From Monocercomonoides exilis PA203 (lineage: Eukaryota > Protista > Preaxostyla): DNA of 64,000 bases. The DNA lies in contig LSRY02000011.1 in the NCBI GenBank assembly GCA_001643675.2, forward strand, positions 1,798,001 to 1,862,000, given 5' to 3'. Below the pieces are notes generated by a model. The model was given only the letters and a program-made list of their open reading frames with translations. It had not been told where the DNA came from and ran no database searches. The position numbers were made by a program, and so were the translations under genes. Positions 1 to 12,301 of the stretch are shown here, piece after piece (within the stretch, counting starts at the first letter, position 1; each line of letters opens with the position of its first letter).

Positions 1-3000
1 TATGGAACGCCAAGGCATCCACCTGTTCCATTACAATGGCAATTAGAAAAAGTGCTGTTCGATAAAAGATTATCTATTGGAGATCCTTCGCTGTTCATTG
101 CTCCAAAAAAACTTCCTGATGTGCAATTTACAAATACGCAGGATTTCGTTAAATGATGATTTCCATGCCAGTAAGTAATTGCACCATCTGCGCTTTCGGC
201 TTTGCATCCGCAGAAATCAGAATCGCAAACAAAGCAATGCGAAAAATAGCTACAAAACATTGCTCCACCCCTATCCATAGAATGGCAATCTTTGAAAGTG
301 CATCGATAAACACACAGAGAACCGTTTCCACCCACATATATTGCTCCTCCTTGACCTTCAGACGTAAATGTGAATAAAGAGTCATTGAAAGAACAGGATT
401 TATTGGAATAAGTTACACGCGAAGGATGACGCTGGCGAGTATCGTTGCTGAGTCCTCTGTTGCAAAACAAAAACGAGCAGTTGGTGCACACAAGGCTGTT
501 TTCAGGCGCATTCACAGACCGAACAATTCCGCCATCATACACATTCTTCACGTTCGTGAACACAGTGTTGCTCATAGATGTTTCCCTTGGATCAAGTCGG
601 TAATCGTTTGGCAAGCGGAAATTAGGTGATAATGTGATGTTGGAGAAAGTTGATCGATGAATGTTTGCTGAAATGAATGGTGCAGAAGGAAGAAAAGGCG
701 AAGAAGTGAGAACAAACGAGTGAATCGAAGATGATGACAGTTCAAAAGCTTGGGGAAACGAAGATGCAGCACAAGAATGCTGTGACACAAGTGGAGCAAT
801 CACATTGCAACTTGAAGGGTTCACAAATGTCACATTTTCAAGGCAAATAGAACCATCACAACTCCAAAACGGACTGGTTATCCCATGCACATCACATTCC
901 ACGGTGCTCTCAATAATTTGCACAAAAGTGCTTGAAAGATTAAATCGAGGAGAAATGCTTCCAGAAGCAGCAAATGTGAGGCAACAAAGAAGAGCCGAAC
1001 TATTTTCAAATTGCAATGAAGATGAGCACGATATGACTGTCTTTGTAACACGCACTTGGGGAATATGAGGAGCTGGAACAGGCAAGCTGTGCCTCGGCAG
1101 GCAACTGCTTTCTGCATCGACATCATTCAAGCAATATGCATTAATAATGCTTGCACAAGCAAAGACAACCCAGTCCAGCAGCCGCCCCGCCATTGCGAAT
1201 GTTGTTTGATTTTGCACGCTTGATCAAACCCATTGCAATATCATTTCTGATATTCCAAAAAATGAAACAGATCAGAAATACCCAATATAGATCACTTTGA
1301 GAAGGCTTCAATAATGCTTTTCATATGATGATTGATTTTGATATTTTTTCCCTTTTGTATTGTTGTCATTATTTTCTTTTTGTTGAAAAATCAAAATTCG
1401 GGCTTCATTCAAATTGCCAAAACAAGGCATCAAGCTTTTCAAATTCAAATTTGCAATGGCGTCTGTAATTCAGCAACAATGACATCTTTATTGAAATTAC
1501 TTTCTCATTCTTCCTCGTATTATTCAAAATCTCATATTTCTGCCTTTCAATCGTGACCTTCACAAATTTTGGGGCATTTTTGATTCACAATCTTTTCCCA
1601 ATGCAAGGTCAAATAAAATCAATGTGAAAAAAAGAAAGAAAACTACCTTTTTGCTGTTTGTTTCTTCCATTTCAGCCTATCTTCATTTTCTTTTTCTAAA
1701 TATGTTCGCAAATGATTCAGCCACATTTTCTGCCATAATCTGAATGGTTTTGACTGAAAGTGTAAATCCAAACATGACCTTGCATGAGCAAGCTCACGAG
1801 TAATATTTTTTTTCTTTTTTGAAAACTCCTTTGGCAACGCTTCAGGCCATTCAATAATAAATACGAACCATTTCCTGCAATTCCAGTTTTGCTGTTGTCA
1901 AGTTTGTCTGCCTCTCTGAGAAAACAATAAAATAATACGCACAATCAGCGCTCATGGATCGATAGCCAAATAAACCTGATGATTTCAATTCAATTGGAAT
2001 AAATAGAAAATGCCTATTTTTTCTTTGGCTTGATGCTCCTTTCACCAATTTGACTCCGCATTCTCGAATCCAAGCGAGTCCTCTTCCTTTGGCTTCTTCT
2101 GAAAAATCAGCAGCAATAATGTCACATGTACTGCTGATATTGGCAGAACATTGTTGAGGCAATCCAGAAAACCCTTTCAGCTGTGTGGTTTTTCTGCTTC
2201 ATGCGCATAGAGCTCGAGTAATATAGCATGTTCACTTTTCTTGAAGACTTGACTGCAATCGAGCTCATCCAACAAGTCCAATGAAATTTGAAAGGAGCAG
2301 AGGCCCCAACAAATCCAAAACTGGCTGCTTCTGAAAAGCAAAATCCGAACAAATACGATCCGTCAGAGCGTATGCACTTTGGCCAGCAAAGAGAAATGCT
2401 GAATGCGAATAGAAGAAATCCATAAATCCTCAGCTGTAAAATGAAGAGATGTTTCTTTGGGCAAACTTGCTATTGAATCGGATAGAAGGCTTAGTGCTTT
2501 CTGTGGGCAATCAGTCGAAGTGAATTCATCGCTGAAGAGGAAGTGTGGAGAAACGGCAAGCAGAAAAATTGAAGAAGCTTCAGCGCCAACAGTCGGTGAG
2601 CGAATGCACAGAAAAGAAAAAGCTGCCAGAGAATAAAACGCAATAGAAAGGCTGTTGCAGTGAATTGTCTCCAGCAGATTCGCAGAATGTTGGCTCGCAA
2701 AAAAAAAGGATTGAATCGCGGAAAATGAGAATGGTCAGAAACGTGAGAGTTTGTACAATGTTGACTCCAAGGGGATAAAAGGGCGGTATGCAGAAAAGCG
2801 AGAACAAGTCGCTCACAAAAGATATACAGCAAACAAAAAAGATTTTGGATGAACATTCGCGTTTTTCCATCTTATATCTCATTCGCATGCGCCCAATGAA
2901 TTGTAGCGTACTTTCTAATGCAAAAAAAATGACAAAAATGTTGCTGTTAAATCTATCAGGAGTACAACTATCACAAAGAAACAAAGACAATGAAGAATAG

Positions 3001-3420
3001 AAATCAAAAAATAAAATAAAAATTCAGATATTTATATCTCTAAATGCAAAAAAGATAGGGCAAACATTTTGAGCAGCAAAGGCAGAGATGAATCGGAAAA
3101 ATATTCTCTGCTTTGGAATGTGTTTAGTCGAAATTAAAGAATGTATCAAAGCTCACAGACGTTGCTTGGATTCTTCGCTCTCATATAAGATGCATCACAA
3201 CAAATATAGATTCAAATAATATGCCAGATTGGAAAAGGCCAGTTCACGAAATGCGCACAGGACTCAAAACACAGATTCGATTGCTTGTTTCTTTTTTGAA
3301 AGCATGCGCAAGTTGAAAAAACACTGCAATAAAAAGAAGTGACTCTTCCATTATTATCTGCAAATGCATGGGGGTACATGTTATCCAAATCATCAGTTCC
3401 AGGATCGAAATCTATCACAG
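1..3420 (+). pseudogene. Possible decayed coding sequence of unknown family
   Basis: GC content is higher than the flanking intergenic DNA. Plus-strand frames read as protein-like stretches (YGTPRHPPVPLQWQLEKVLFDKRL..., LQLEGFTNVTFSRQIEPSQLQNGLV...) broken by many stops. No domain recognised and boundaries are approximate. Confidence 0.25.
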
Positions 3421-3806
3421 AAAAAAAAACTGCTTTTGCGTTGCCTCCCTGTTTTGAGAACAGGAAAATTACAATTGACCATGCAGATCATCGTGATTAG
3501 TTGCGGTAAAGTGATATAAAGAGTAGAATTATATGATAACGAATCGGAAAATGAGATTTTCCAATTATTGAAAAACTGGAATTTTTAATGGGAAAATGTT
3601 GAGCTTGTTATTCATATTTTCTTTATTATCTGTTATTAAATTATTTAAAAAATGAAAAGTGAAAATTTTTTTTGAAAAACAAAAGAAAAAGAAAGAAAAA
3701 AAGAAAAAGCGAAAAGATGAAAATTAAAAACAAAAATCGACTTTTTCCACAACGAAACAAAAGCCATGTGTTTCATCCAGCACAAATCCTGAAAGCCATT
3801 ATTCCC

Positions 3807-4880
3807 TTATTCCTGTTCGCATCCTTCCTCAGATGCCATTTCTGCCTGTGCCTCGGAATCAAACAAAGACTCCGAGGAGGACAATGAAGTGGATGACGAT
3901 GAGGAGGCAGATGAAGAGGCAGAGGCAGATCGTGCTGCATGTTCAGCCGCAGCGCTTGTCCCTTCTCTTTCTCCTGAACATCCTCCCCAATGTCTGCGGC
4001 GCATGAATGGGCATCCCATCTCTCTTCCTCTCCCTCGTCCTCTTCTTCCCCATCCCATTTCTGTGTCGCAATGGCGATGATGATGGTGGAAATGATGATG
4101 CTCTGGCTCAGCACTGCACTTGTGCATCCAATGCCCTCTGCAGCGTGCCTCTGGCTCTCCACACTTCCCCTTCATCATCCAGCGCCTGTTCTCTCCTCTG
4201 CAGCAGCCCCGGTGGAAATGGTGGCCATGGCTCATCCCGCACTTTTCTGCGTCTCCTGCTCCCGTTTCTGCCTTTCTTGCTGATTCGCTTCGGCACGGCT
4301 CGCATTTCCCCAGCTCTGAGCAGCCTCTGAGATTCCTCATCCTCTGCCACATCATTGCTCTCCGCATCCTTTCCATTCTTCTTCTGCAGCAGTGCCTTCT
4401 GTGTCTCTCAATGCATCTTTCGCCTCTTTTCCAACTTTTGTCACTTTCGCTCTCTGACTCTCCAAAACCCATTCGCTCCATCTTTGCTTCGTTGTATCGC
4501 TTCATCATCCATCTCTTTTCCCAAATTGCCCTTCGTCTTTCACATCGCTTCCGCTTCCACTCATCGCATGCGCACTCCGTCTGCTTGTCTTTCTGCTCTT
4601 CTGCTTCTTTCTGCTCTTTTTGAGCTGCAGCAACTTTCACAAACAGCTTCAAAGGCTTCTTATCGCCTCTCCAGGCCAGCCCCACTGCCAGCTCTTCTGT
4701 GCTCCCAACGCTGACAAAGTCCTGCTCCTCGTCAACGTATCCGACTGACAATTTCTCTGCCTCGCCAATCCCATACAGCCCTCGAACTTTGTTTTCAAGC
4801 GCCTCAAATGTCACTTGCTCCAGCGCAAAGCACCGGATCTCCATGGTCCTAACAAATACTGTCTTAATCATGTGTGTCAT
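3807..4880 (-). CDS. PB1-domain protein (p62/NBR1-like PB1) with Arg/His/Cys-rich low-complexity region and Ser/acidic tail; intronless
   Basis: First ATG at 4880. The N-terminus IKTVF...EIRCF...GYVDEEQDFVSVGSTEEL...LKLFV has both the PB1 beta1 Lys and the acidic OPCA motif. Stop TAA at 3807-3809. Confidence 0.8.
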   Translation of the reverse strand: MTHMIKTVFVRTMEIRCFALEQVTFEALENKVRGLYGIGEAEKLSVGYVDEEQDFVSVGSTEELAVGLAWRGDKKPLKLFVKVAAAQKEQKEAEEQKDKQTECACDEWKRKRCERRRAIWEKRWMMKRYNEAKMERMGFGESESESDKSWKRGERCIERHRRHCCRRRMERMRRAMMWQRMRNLRGCSELGKCEPCRSESARKAETGAGDAEKCGMSHGHHFHRGCCRGENRRWMMKGKCGEPEARCRGHWMHKCSAEPEHHHFHHHHRHCDTEMGWGRRGRGRGREMGCPFMRRRHWGGCSGEREGTSAAAEHAARSASASSSASSSSSTSLSSSESLFDSEAQAEMASEEGCEQE

Positions 4881-5583
4881 TTCTGCTTTTGCGAATTCTT
4901 GTTTCTTCGACAAATGCTCAAAATATTATGAAAACCATATCTTCCTCAAAACATCTTCAAAACAGCTCTTTCCCAGCATCACTCGGATCATTTTTGGAAT
5001 CCACTAAAATACATTGTTTTGTGATTGATCTCGGTTAAAGACATTCCATCGCCAAAAAATCATTCCAAAATACTTTTCTTTCCTCGCTGTTCTTTTCGCG
5101 TCAAGTCCGATTCGATATATTCCCAATATTCAGTAAGACGCTTCATTTTACTGTGCAAATCATTCAAAAGAGTCGTGCTCAGGGCGTGTGTTAAACGAAA
5201 ATCGCATTTACAAATATTTTCTCTCGATAACTTTATTAAGGGCAAAAATTCAAATAAAAAAGTGACAATTGAATATGGATTTTTTTCATGATTATTAAAA
5301 TGTTAATTTTTAATATCACAAATAATACAAAAAAAATCCCGAATAATCCTATTTGATATTGAAAGCAAAAGATATTAACTTTGTTTTCCTCACAAAAATT
5401 GAAATTGAATGGATTAGCAAATTCTCTCAATCCTTTTCCTTGAAATATTTCAATAGAGTATTTTGTGAAGTTTGGTTAAAATATTTGTTTTCTCTAATTC
5501 ATGCCCTAAATTATTTTGTGATATTTTTTCGTGTGACTTTTGAGCTTCTGTGCAAGTGTTTTGAAGTCAGTAATTGATGGACG

Positions 5584-7977
5584 ATGCTGAACATGTATGT
5601 GAATATTTTATTATTTTGCGTTGCTGTTATTTATCTTGTGCTTGCCTTTGAACATCACAAATAATCTGATTTTTCAATTATTTTCTTTGTTGATTTGCTA
5701 CGATGCATTTATGCTTGATTTTGCGATAACGCATGAACATTAGTCAAGCCGTGCAAGAGCTGCTTCATAAATTGCCCCAAGAGCAGCACGAGATTCTTGG
5801 CGAGCTTGGAGCGATTGCTTGGGAAGGTGTGAGTGCTCGAATGTTCGAAAATTAAACTGTGTGCCCATTGAAGATATTGGTGACAACGAAAGCCATTTGA
5901 ACAATGTGAAGTTAATTCGCTACATCATGGAGTCGCTGGCGGCTTCTGCTGACGAATCAATAAAAGTTTGGTTGTTTTTTAATAATTTATATTTTCTTTT
6001 GTTGAACATGGCATATCACTTTTTTTGTTCGTTTGAAAGGTGAAAACGTTAATCCTCCTGATATTGATTGCGTATTCGCAAAGCAAAGATCGCATGCTGT
6101 TTCTTGTTCAAACAGCGCTCGCTTCCGTCCAAGATTTCATGTTGGTATGAATTGTGTTGGAAATGTTTTTTTATCATGGCTGTCGATGAGAAGTCAAGCA
6201 ATTCAGACATTTCTCAAGAGACAATAAAAGGATTTGTGTTTGTGCATTATTTTGAGCCAGCAAAAAGCGAGTGATTCTTTTTCATTTGGTGTGTTTTAGG
6301 CACTTGATGGGTGCTGTCGCACAAAAACAGCAACAAATTGCTCCGATTCAGCAGAAGGCAGCAGGCATCCAAGGGGAAGGGAATGTGCTGCAGGGAAAGA
6401 GAGACGAGCAACAAGCAAAGACAAGAGCGTATTCGCTTCTTTTCAATCAGCCGATGAATGCAACAATCACATATGTTGCAGACGTGCTGAGCTCGCCCAC
6501 GTCTCCTGATGACCTCAAGCTGGCAGCACTGGAGCTGGCTTCGTTTCTTGCGAAAAATGGAGCTCCTGCCGAGGTGCTGGCTTGTCTTGAGAAGAAAGTT
6601 GAGGCGATTGCGAGAAACAGCAGCGAAAGCGAAAAAATTCTGGAAAAGGCGACTTTTATTCTGGTGAGCCGCTTCAAAAGGAACATTGCAGAAAAAGAGC
6701 TGAATGGCACAGCCGGAGCTGTTAGCTGCAATGCAAAGGAACAAGAGGCGAAAAGCGATGAAAGCAATCCTCAATTGAATAAGCCAAGCATTGTCCATCA
6801 TCAGTCGCATCCAAAGAATCAAAATAATCCCCAAGCAAAATTCACTCCAACTTCATCAAATCCGATTGTGCGCCCATCCTCCAAAGCAACAAAAACCTTC
6901 ACGCATTTCTGCCCTGCTGCAGCAACCACTTCCTCTTTTATTCCTTTTTCACCTGAAAACACACAACCACAATCATCTTTGCATCATCCTCAAGGTTTGT
7001 TTTCTTCTTCACTCGCACCGCCATTGCCACAACCTCTTTGTTGCCAGCCGCACTCTTCTGATTCACTCGCAAAAGCCTGTCAAAATGGAACTGGCTCAAA
7101 TGCACCGACAGTCGCCCCAAAGAAATGTGTGAGTCCAGATGCATCGCCAACTTTTGCTCCCTTTCCGCCACAAGAATATTCGATGCCTGCTCTTCGCACC
7201 AGCAACGAGACAAAAGACAAATCAGTGTTTCCTGTGCTGCCTGGAAGCAAAGTCGGTCATGTGCCGTTTTGTGGAGTTCCTGTTGTTCCTTCTTCTGGCT
7301 ATTCGTCTTCTTTTTCGAATAGTCGCTCCCCTCTGCCAAATGAAAGCACTTTTGCTGTGAAGCCATTTTTCCCGGTTTATTCTCCTGCGCCTGCACCAAC
7401 AGAGATGCTTCCGAAGCCAGTCGAGAAAAAAGTGAATGCAGCAAAGGCAGACCAGCACACTTCAAAAGCAAGCCATTTTGCGGAAGTTGATGAGCTGCTT
7501 TCCAACCTCAAGAGAAAACAGCACCAACACACGCCAAGCGCAGACAATGCTCCAAAGCAAACATTTGTGTTTTCAAAGGCTCCGTCCGATGTGAAAAAGA
7601 AAGCTGAAGAGAAGATTGAAGCCAAGCCTTCCTCGGCAAATCCACTTTTGAAGATTCCAGGGAACGCATTGATTGCATCGGGTGAAGGAGACATGGCCAT
7701 GCAGATGTTGGGGGCGTGTCTGCTTGACTACCAGCAAGTTGGGCTTGACCGCTTTTATGCTCTGAAGCTGGGCATAGAAACAAACAGGCGGTGCGAATTG
7801 TGTGGGATGAGTGTGTCGCCAGGCAGAGCCAACGAGCACATTCAGCTGCACTCAGACGCCGATGACTTTGACGAGCCGCGCATTCGATGCCCCGTCTGCA
7901 GCAGAAACGTACCGAAAGCAGAGTACAAAAAACACTCTGCGTTCCATCATCCAACTGTCCGAGTCGTTGTTCAGTGA
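5584..7977 (+). CDS. Multi-exon protein: N-terminal helical ENTH/VHS/CID-like domain, Pro/Ser-rich linker, two C-terminal C2H2-type Zn fingers
   Basis: Manual splicing with five GT-AG introns (first intron 5595-5743, last acceptor ~6299) gives MLNIQAVQELLHKL...EILGELGAIAWE...LIRYIMESLAASADESIKVKTLILLILIAY...GFVHLMGAVAQK, joined to the 6271-7977 ORF. The C-terminus has CELCG-x10-HIQLH and CPVC-x11-HSAFH. Confidence 0.65.
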
Positions 7978-8981
7978 ACTCTCAGAAAGAGAAATTGCTT
8001 TTCGTTCCTTGTTATTATATTTTGTGGATAGTTTCTTTTAGCTTAATTTTTGTGTTTTTTTCTTCCTTTTTCTTTTTTATTTCCAACTGAAGCAAGTATT
8101 TTTAAATATTCTCTTCAGTGAAATGATAGCGAAATATAATGGTATGAAATTATCCAGTTGCTTCGATTATATTGATAATAATTGTCTTTCAGAAAAAATA
8201 AATAAACTTGTTTTGTGACAAAGAAGTAATTTCTTTTTTCATAAAAATATTTCAAATGTCAAATTTTTTTCTCAACATATCTTGAGTGCGAACGGTTTTA
8301 ATATTTTGAAAATACAAAAAGTTAAATTACAAGGAAACTCAATATTTGAGATGAGAACAGTTAAAACTGAAAAGCTAATGTTTATACTCTTGGACAAAAA
8401 CTCTTTGAATTAAAAAAGAACTTTCAAAATGCTTTTGAAAATTGACAAATAAATAAAATGAAGTCTTTGAGGTTATTTTTTTTAAAAATGAAGATTTTTT
8501 ACTCAAAAATTATATCACATAAATCAAATATTTCTATTTATGTGTGAAAAGAAATTTAACAAAAAAACGAGTTGGAAAAGTGTGAACTAAACAGTTTCAA
8601 TGAAGGTGAAAATACAAACAATGAAGCTAAATGCAACTTTTGAATGGGTGTAAATCCTTATTTATGTGGAAATGGCAACAATTCTCATAAATAATTTTTG
8701 AATAGAAAAACAAAGCAAAAAAATTGACGGAAAAAAGAAACACAAAAAGTCTAACTCCATCTGATCATTTGCCATCTTGTCAAAAAAGAATTTAAAGAAT
8801 CTGATAGAATAACCAAAAACAGAGAAATTTCTAAAGATGATTCAAAAATACACAAACTTTCTAATAAATAAAAAAACAAATAAAAATACTAGAACTACAA
8901 GTATGTTTATAAAATCTCAAAAACAAGATCTCTTCAAAGTTCGAAAATAACATTTCTTGAGGGTAAATCTGATTATAATTA

Positions 8982-11384
8982 TTAAGGCAAAAATTTGCTG
9001 TAATGTTGATTAGCATTTCCATTTTGACTGTACAAGGGAACATTCTCTGCTGGTAGTTGGCGTGGTGCTTGCACAGTATGTGCAGCTTGAGGATACATAG
9101 GCGAGCGCAACGGCTGTTGGGGAACGGCATTTGTGTTCATGTTAGCTGGAAATGCCTGCTGTTGGTAATAAAGCGGAGGATATGGCTGTGGTCCAACTCT
9201 AGTCCCCATTTGAACTGGAGCAAATCCAGTTGCAGAATGTTCTTAAAAAAAAAAGAAAGAAAGAAAAAATTAATGATGAATATGATTTACTCACATAAAA
9301 TTGAATGATAAGAAATGTTTGACAAACGTGTGTTTGAAAGAGGAGGAGAAAGAGAAGCCGGAGCGACTGGATTCGTCGGCGGAGCAGCGAAATAAGCCAA
9401 ATTAAAGTTTTTGTTACTCTCTTTGAATTTGGCTCCCATTAAATAGCCAAGGCGATACGCAGAGTTCATGTAAACTTTTAATGAATTTGGTGCAAAAGGA
9501 GCATAGTCTCCTAATTGTTGGTGAGTAATCGACATTTCATTGTCCAACAAAAAGCATATAAACATGCTATGCGCAGAGAATGAGTAGGTATCAATGATTG
9601 TCTCCACAACAAATAAACATATCAAAAAGGACAAAATCATTGTTATCCACCACGTTGGCGAGGGACTCCAGCTGTTATACACAAACAGCGTGCCCAGCCA
9701 ATCCGGGCGACAGGCAAACACAATTACAACTGCACAAATTAAGAGTATAAGCAGCTCGCTTAATGTAAATGCAAAGCTGATTGTTTTTGTAAACACGACA
9801 GAACTCAACAGATTTCTGAGCAACACAAAAAGAGACTGACGTGCAGAAGTCCAGAAGGGCTGGCCTTTTAAAGCAATTATAATATATGCCCGAGAAGTTA
9901 CAAACTCAAAAATATCTTTAAAGCACGAAGAAATACATTCCAAGCATGCACATAATAATTGCAAAACTCCGTTAGAATTATGTCTTCCTGCAGATCGAGC
10001 AATTGATGCCACTGCGTTAACAATAGTGCTAAATGTAATTATTCCGCTTCCAAACGCAACAGATCCAAGGTGATATCGAATTATTCGCTTTATCGTACTC
10101 AGAATGGTGAATCGAGGCAGGTCCTTCTTTTTGTCCCTGGAAAAGTACCATGAGCCAATTGTGCCCCCAATTGTCATCTGATTCACTCCAAACAGGAACA
10201 GCTGAACCCACAAATACCAGCAAGATATCACTATAATGCATATAACCCCAAAAGGAGAAGCATCAAGCGTCCATGTTGTGTTCACTGGTCTTTGAGGAAA
10301 TGTACTGATTAGTGAAAAGATCCCTATTAAAATCGCACCAAAAACAACTATTTCCACAAGTGAAAAGCAACAAGTAGTCAAAGGAAGGCACGGCATAGAA
10401 CGAATTGCTTTTCCTGTCTCGGTGACTAACTGGCATGTCATCTCAATTCTATGCTTCATATTCTTTGCAGTACAAGAAAGTATAATTCCAAAAGTCAATA
10501 TTGCCAAACTCCAAATTGTTCCAATATACACAAATCCACGACCTGTCACAATTCTTTTTGAAGAAATTATAATTGTAGTAACAAATGAAGCAACGCTGAG
10601 TCCAAAAACCAAAAATATAACAATAAAAATGCTTGCCCATATGCATTTTCTTGCGCAAAATGTCATAAATAGTATCCAAGCTGAGCATATTGCAATGGAG
10701 AAGCCTGTTGCTAAAATTAACACCCATTTTTCTTTAAAGTATGAAAAGTATGTTATAGGGTTATCACTTTTTGCAGCTGTTGCGTAATGTGCACCCATAC
10801 AAATGTTATTTTCTGTGTGGAATGTTGAATTTTGGAAAGAAAAACATCTCCCTGAATCGGAATGGCAATCAAAAGGCGAATTCACAATTTTTGGATTTTC
10901 ATTTTCGCAGATGCAATAATGTGTTGCATTCGGACAAAATGCAACACACCAAGGAAGTATATTTTTTGTTTCATTTGTGAAAAATAGGAAAGGCTTGTTT
11001 TTGTTGGGTCCTTTTTCTCTTCCGCAATTATTTCCACTTTATCCAATTTTTTATATTAATCATAATAAAGATGTTATTCGAAATAAAAAAAATCAATAAA
11101 TCCAAACTCTCTATCAACTGGATATTTAAACTTCTCAAAGTCACAGCACACAACGCCGTAAATAAATGCTCCAACAGCCAAAATTGCAACAATACAAAAT
11201 GCAGCAAGGCACCCGATATCATTACATTTTTGTCGCGTCAAAGTGAGATCAAGTCTGTTTTCTCTTATTGGCAATTTTGATTCTTTTTGTCCATAATCTA
11301 CAGGAAAAATGTGACAAAAAAATAATAATTTGATTTGATTTTCAATAAATGCACGCCATTGTAAAGCATAGCCAAATGAAACAT
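8982..11384 (-). CDS. SLC44A: Choline transporter-like (CTL/SLC44/PNS1 family) multi-pass membrane protein, about 4 exons
   Basis: Family motifs: RQKCNDIGCL, YPVDRDGNNCG...KPFLFF...CVAFCP (across an intron at ~11038-11107), RYHLGSVAFGSGII, AYIIIALKGQPFWTSAR and FICFLLD. About 10 hydrophobic segments and a Pro/Gln-rich last exon (8982-~9241). The first exon and start codon are uncertain. Confidence 0.88.
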
Positions 11385-12301
11385 CTTTCAAAAAGTCTTA
11401 AAAACAAGATCAATTTGCATATAACAAATATAAAATGTTAAAATTTCAAAATAATCGATAGGAGAGATATTTTATGATATATCCTATGAAGAGAAATAGA
11501 AGCGAGCACATATTTTGTGCTAATACATCATTGTTGATTGTCAATTTTGAAAAAAAAAAATGTGAAAACGATATTTCTTTCTCTTTATGGAAATTAATGA
11601 GAAAAAAACCATTCCAAAAAAGAAATTCCTGCAATAATCACTTAATGCATGATTTGCATGTGAAACAACTTTCAACTTTCAATTAAACTGTGGTTTTTAT
11701 CAAAGATATTATTCATTAAACATATCTTGAATTCAAAGAGAAACAAATGAATTTTCCATTTCACGTTCACTCAAAATATGAAATAATTGGAAAAGTCATT
11801 TTTTTATTCAAACAGAAAAAACTATCAGCATTTTTGTAAGGTGTTTCCATTTGCTTATCTCTTCAACAATCAACATTATTTTTTTTTTTTTGTCAATGAT
11901 CAATTTTCATTAATTATTCTGTTTTTGAATTATTTGATATCTCCATTCTTTTGAAATCTTTCTTGTGATAAGCTAAAGCATGAATAACAATTCACAACTT
12001 AAGTTTTTCATTTTTAATCGTTTTTCCAAAAAAAACCATATTTTTGATCTTTTGTTGGTGATTAAAAAATTAAAATGTTCTAACATTTGAACAAAGAACA
12101 AATTAACAGAAAAAAGGTGATTTATATATTTCACTCAAATAACTCTGTTTATCCTTGCAACAAAAATTTTTTCGATATTTCGCGCAATAAATACTTGAAA
12201 GTCCATTTTTTCGCTCAACTGTTTAACCTTTCAAATATTTTATTCAAATCTTCAAACTTATGGAAAAGAATAAATGAAGACAAATTTTGATGTATCAAAG
12301 T

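Noticed and set aside
1-1210. Stop-codon readthrough or selenoprotein in the plus frame with several TGAs
   Set aside because: All three stop types occur at near-random density and no SECIS is seen. Decay is the simpler explanation.
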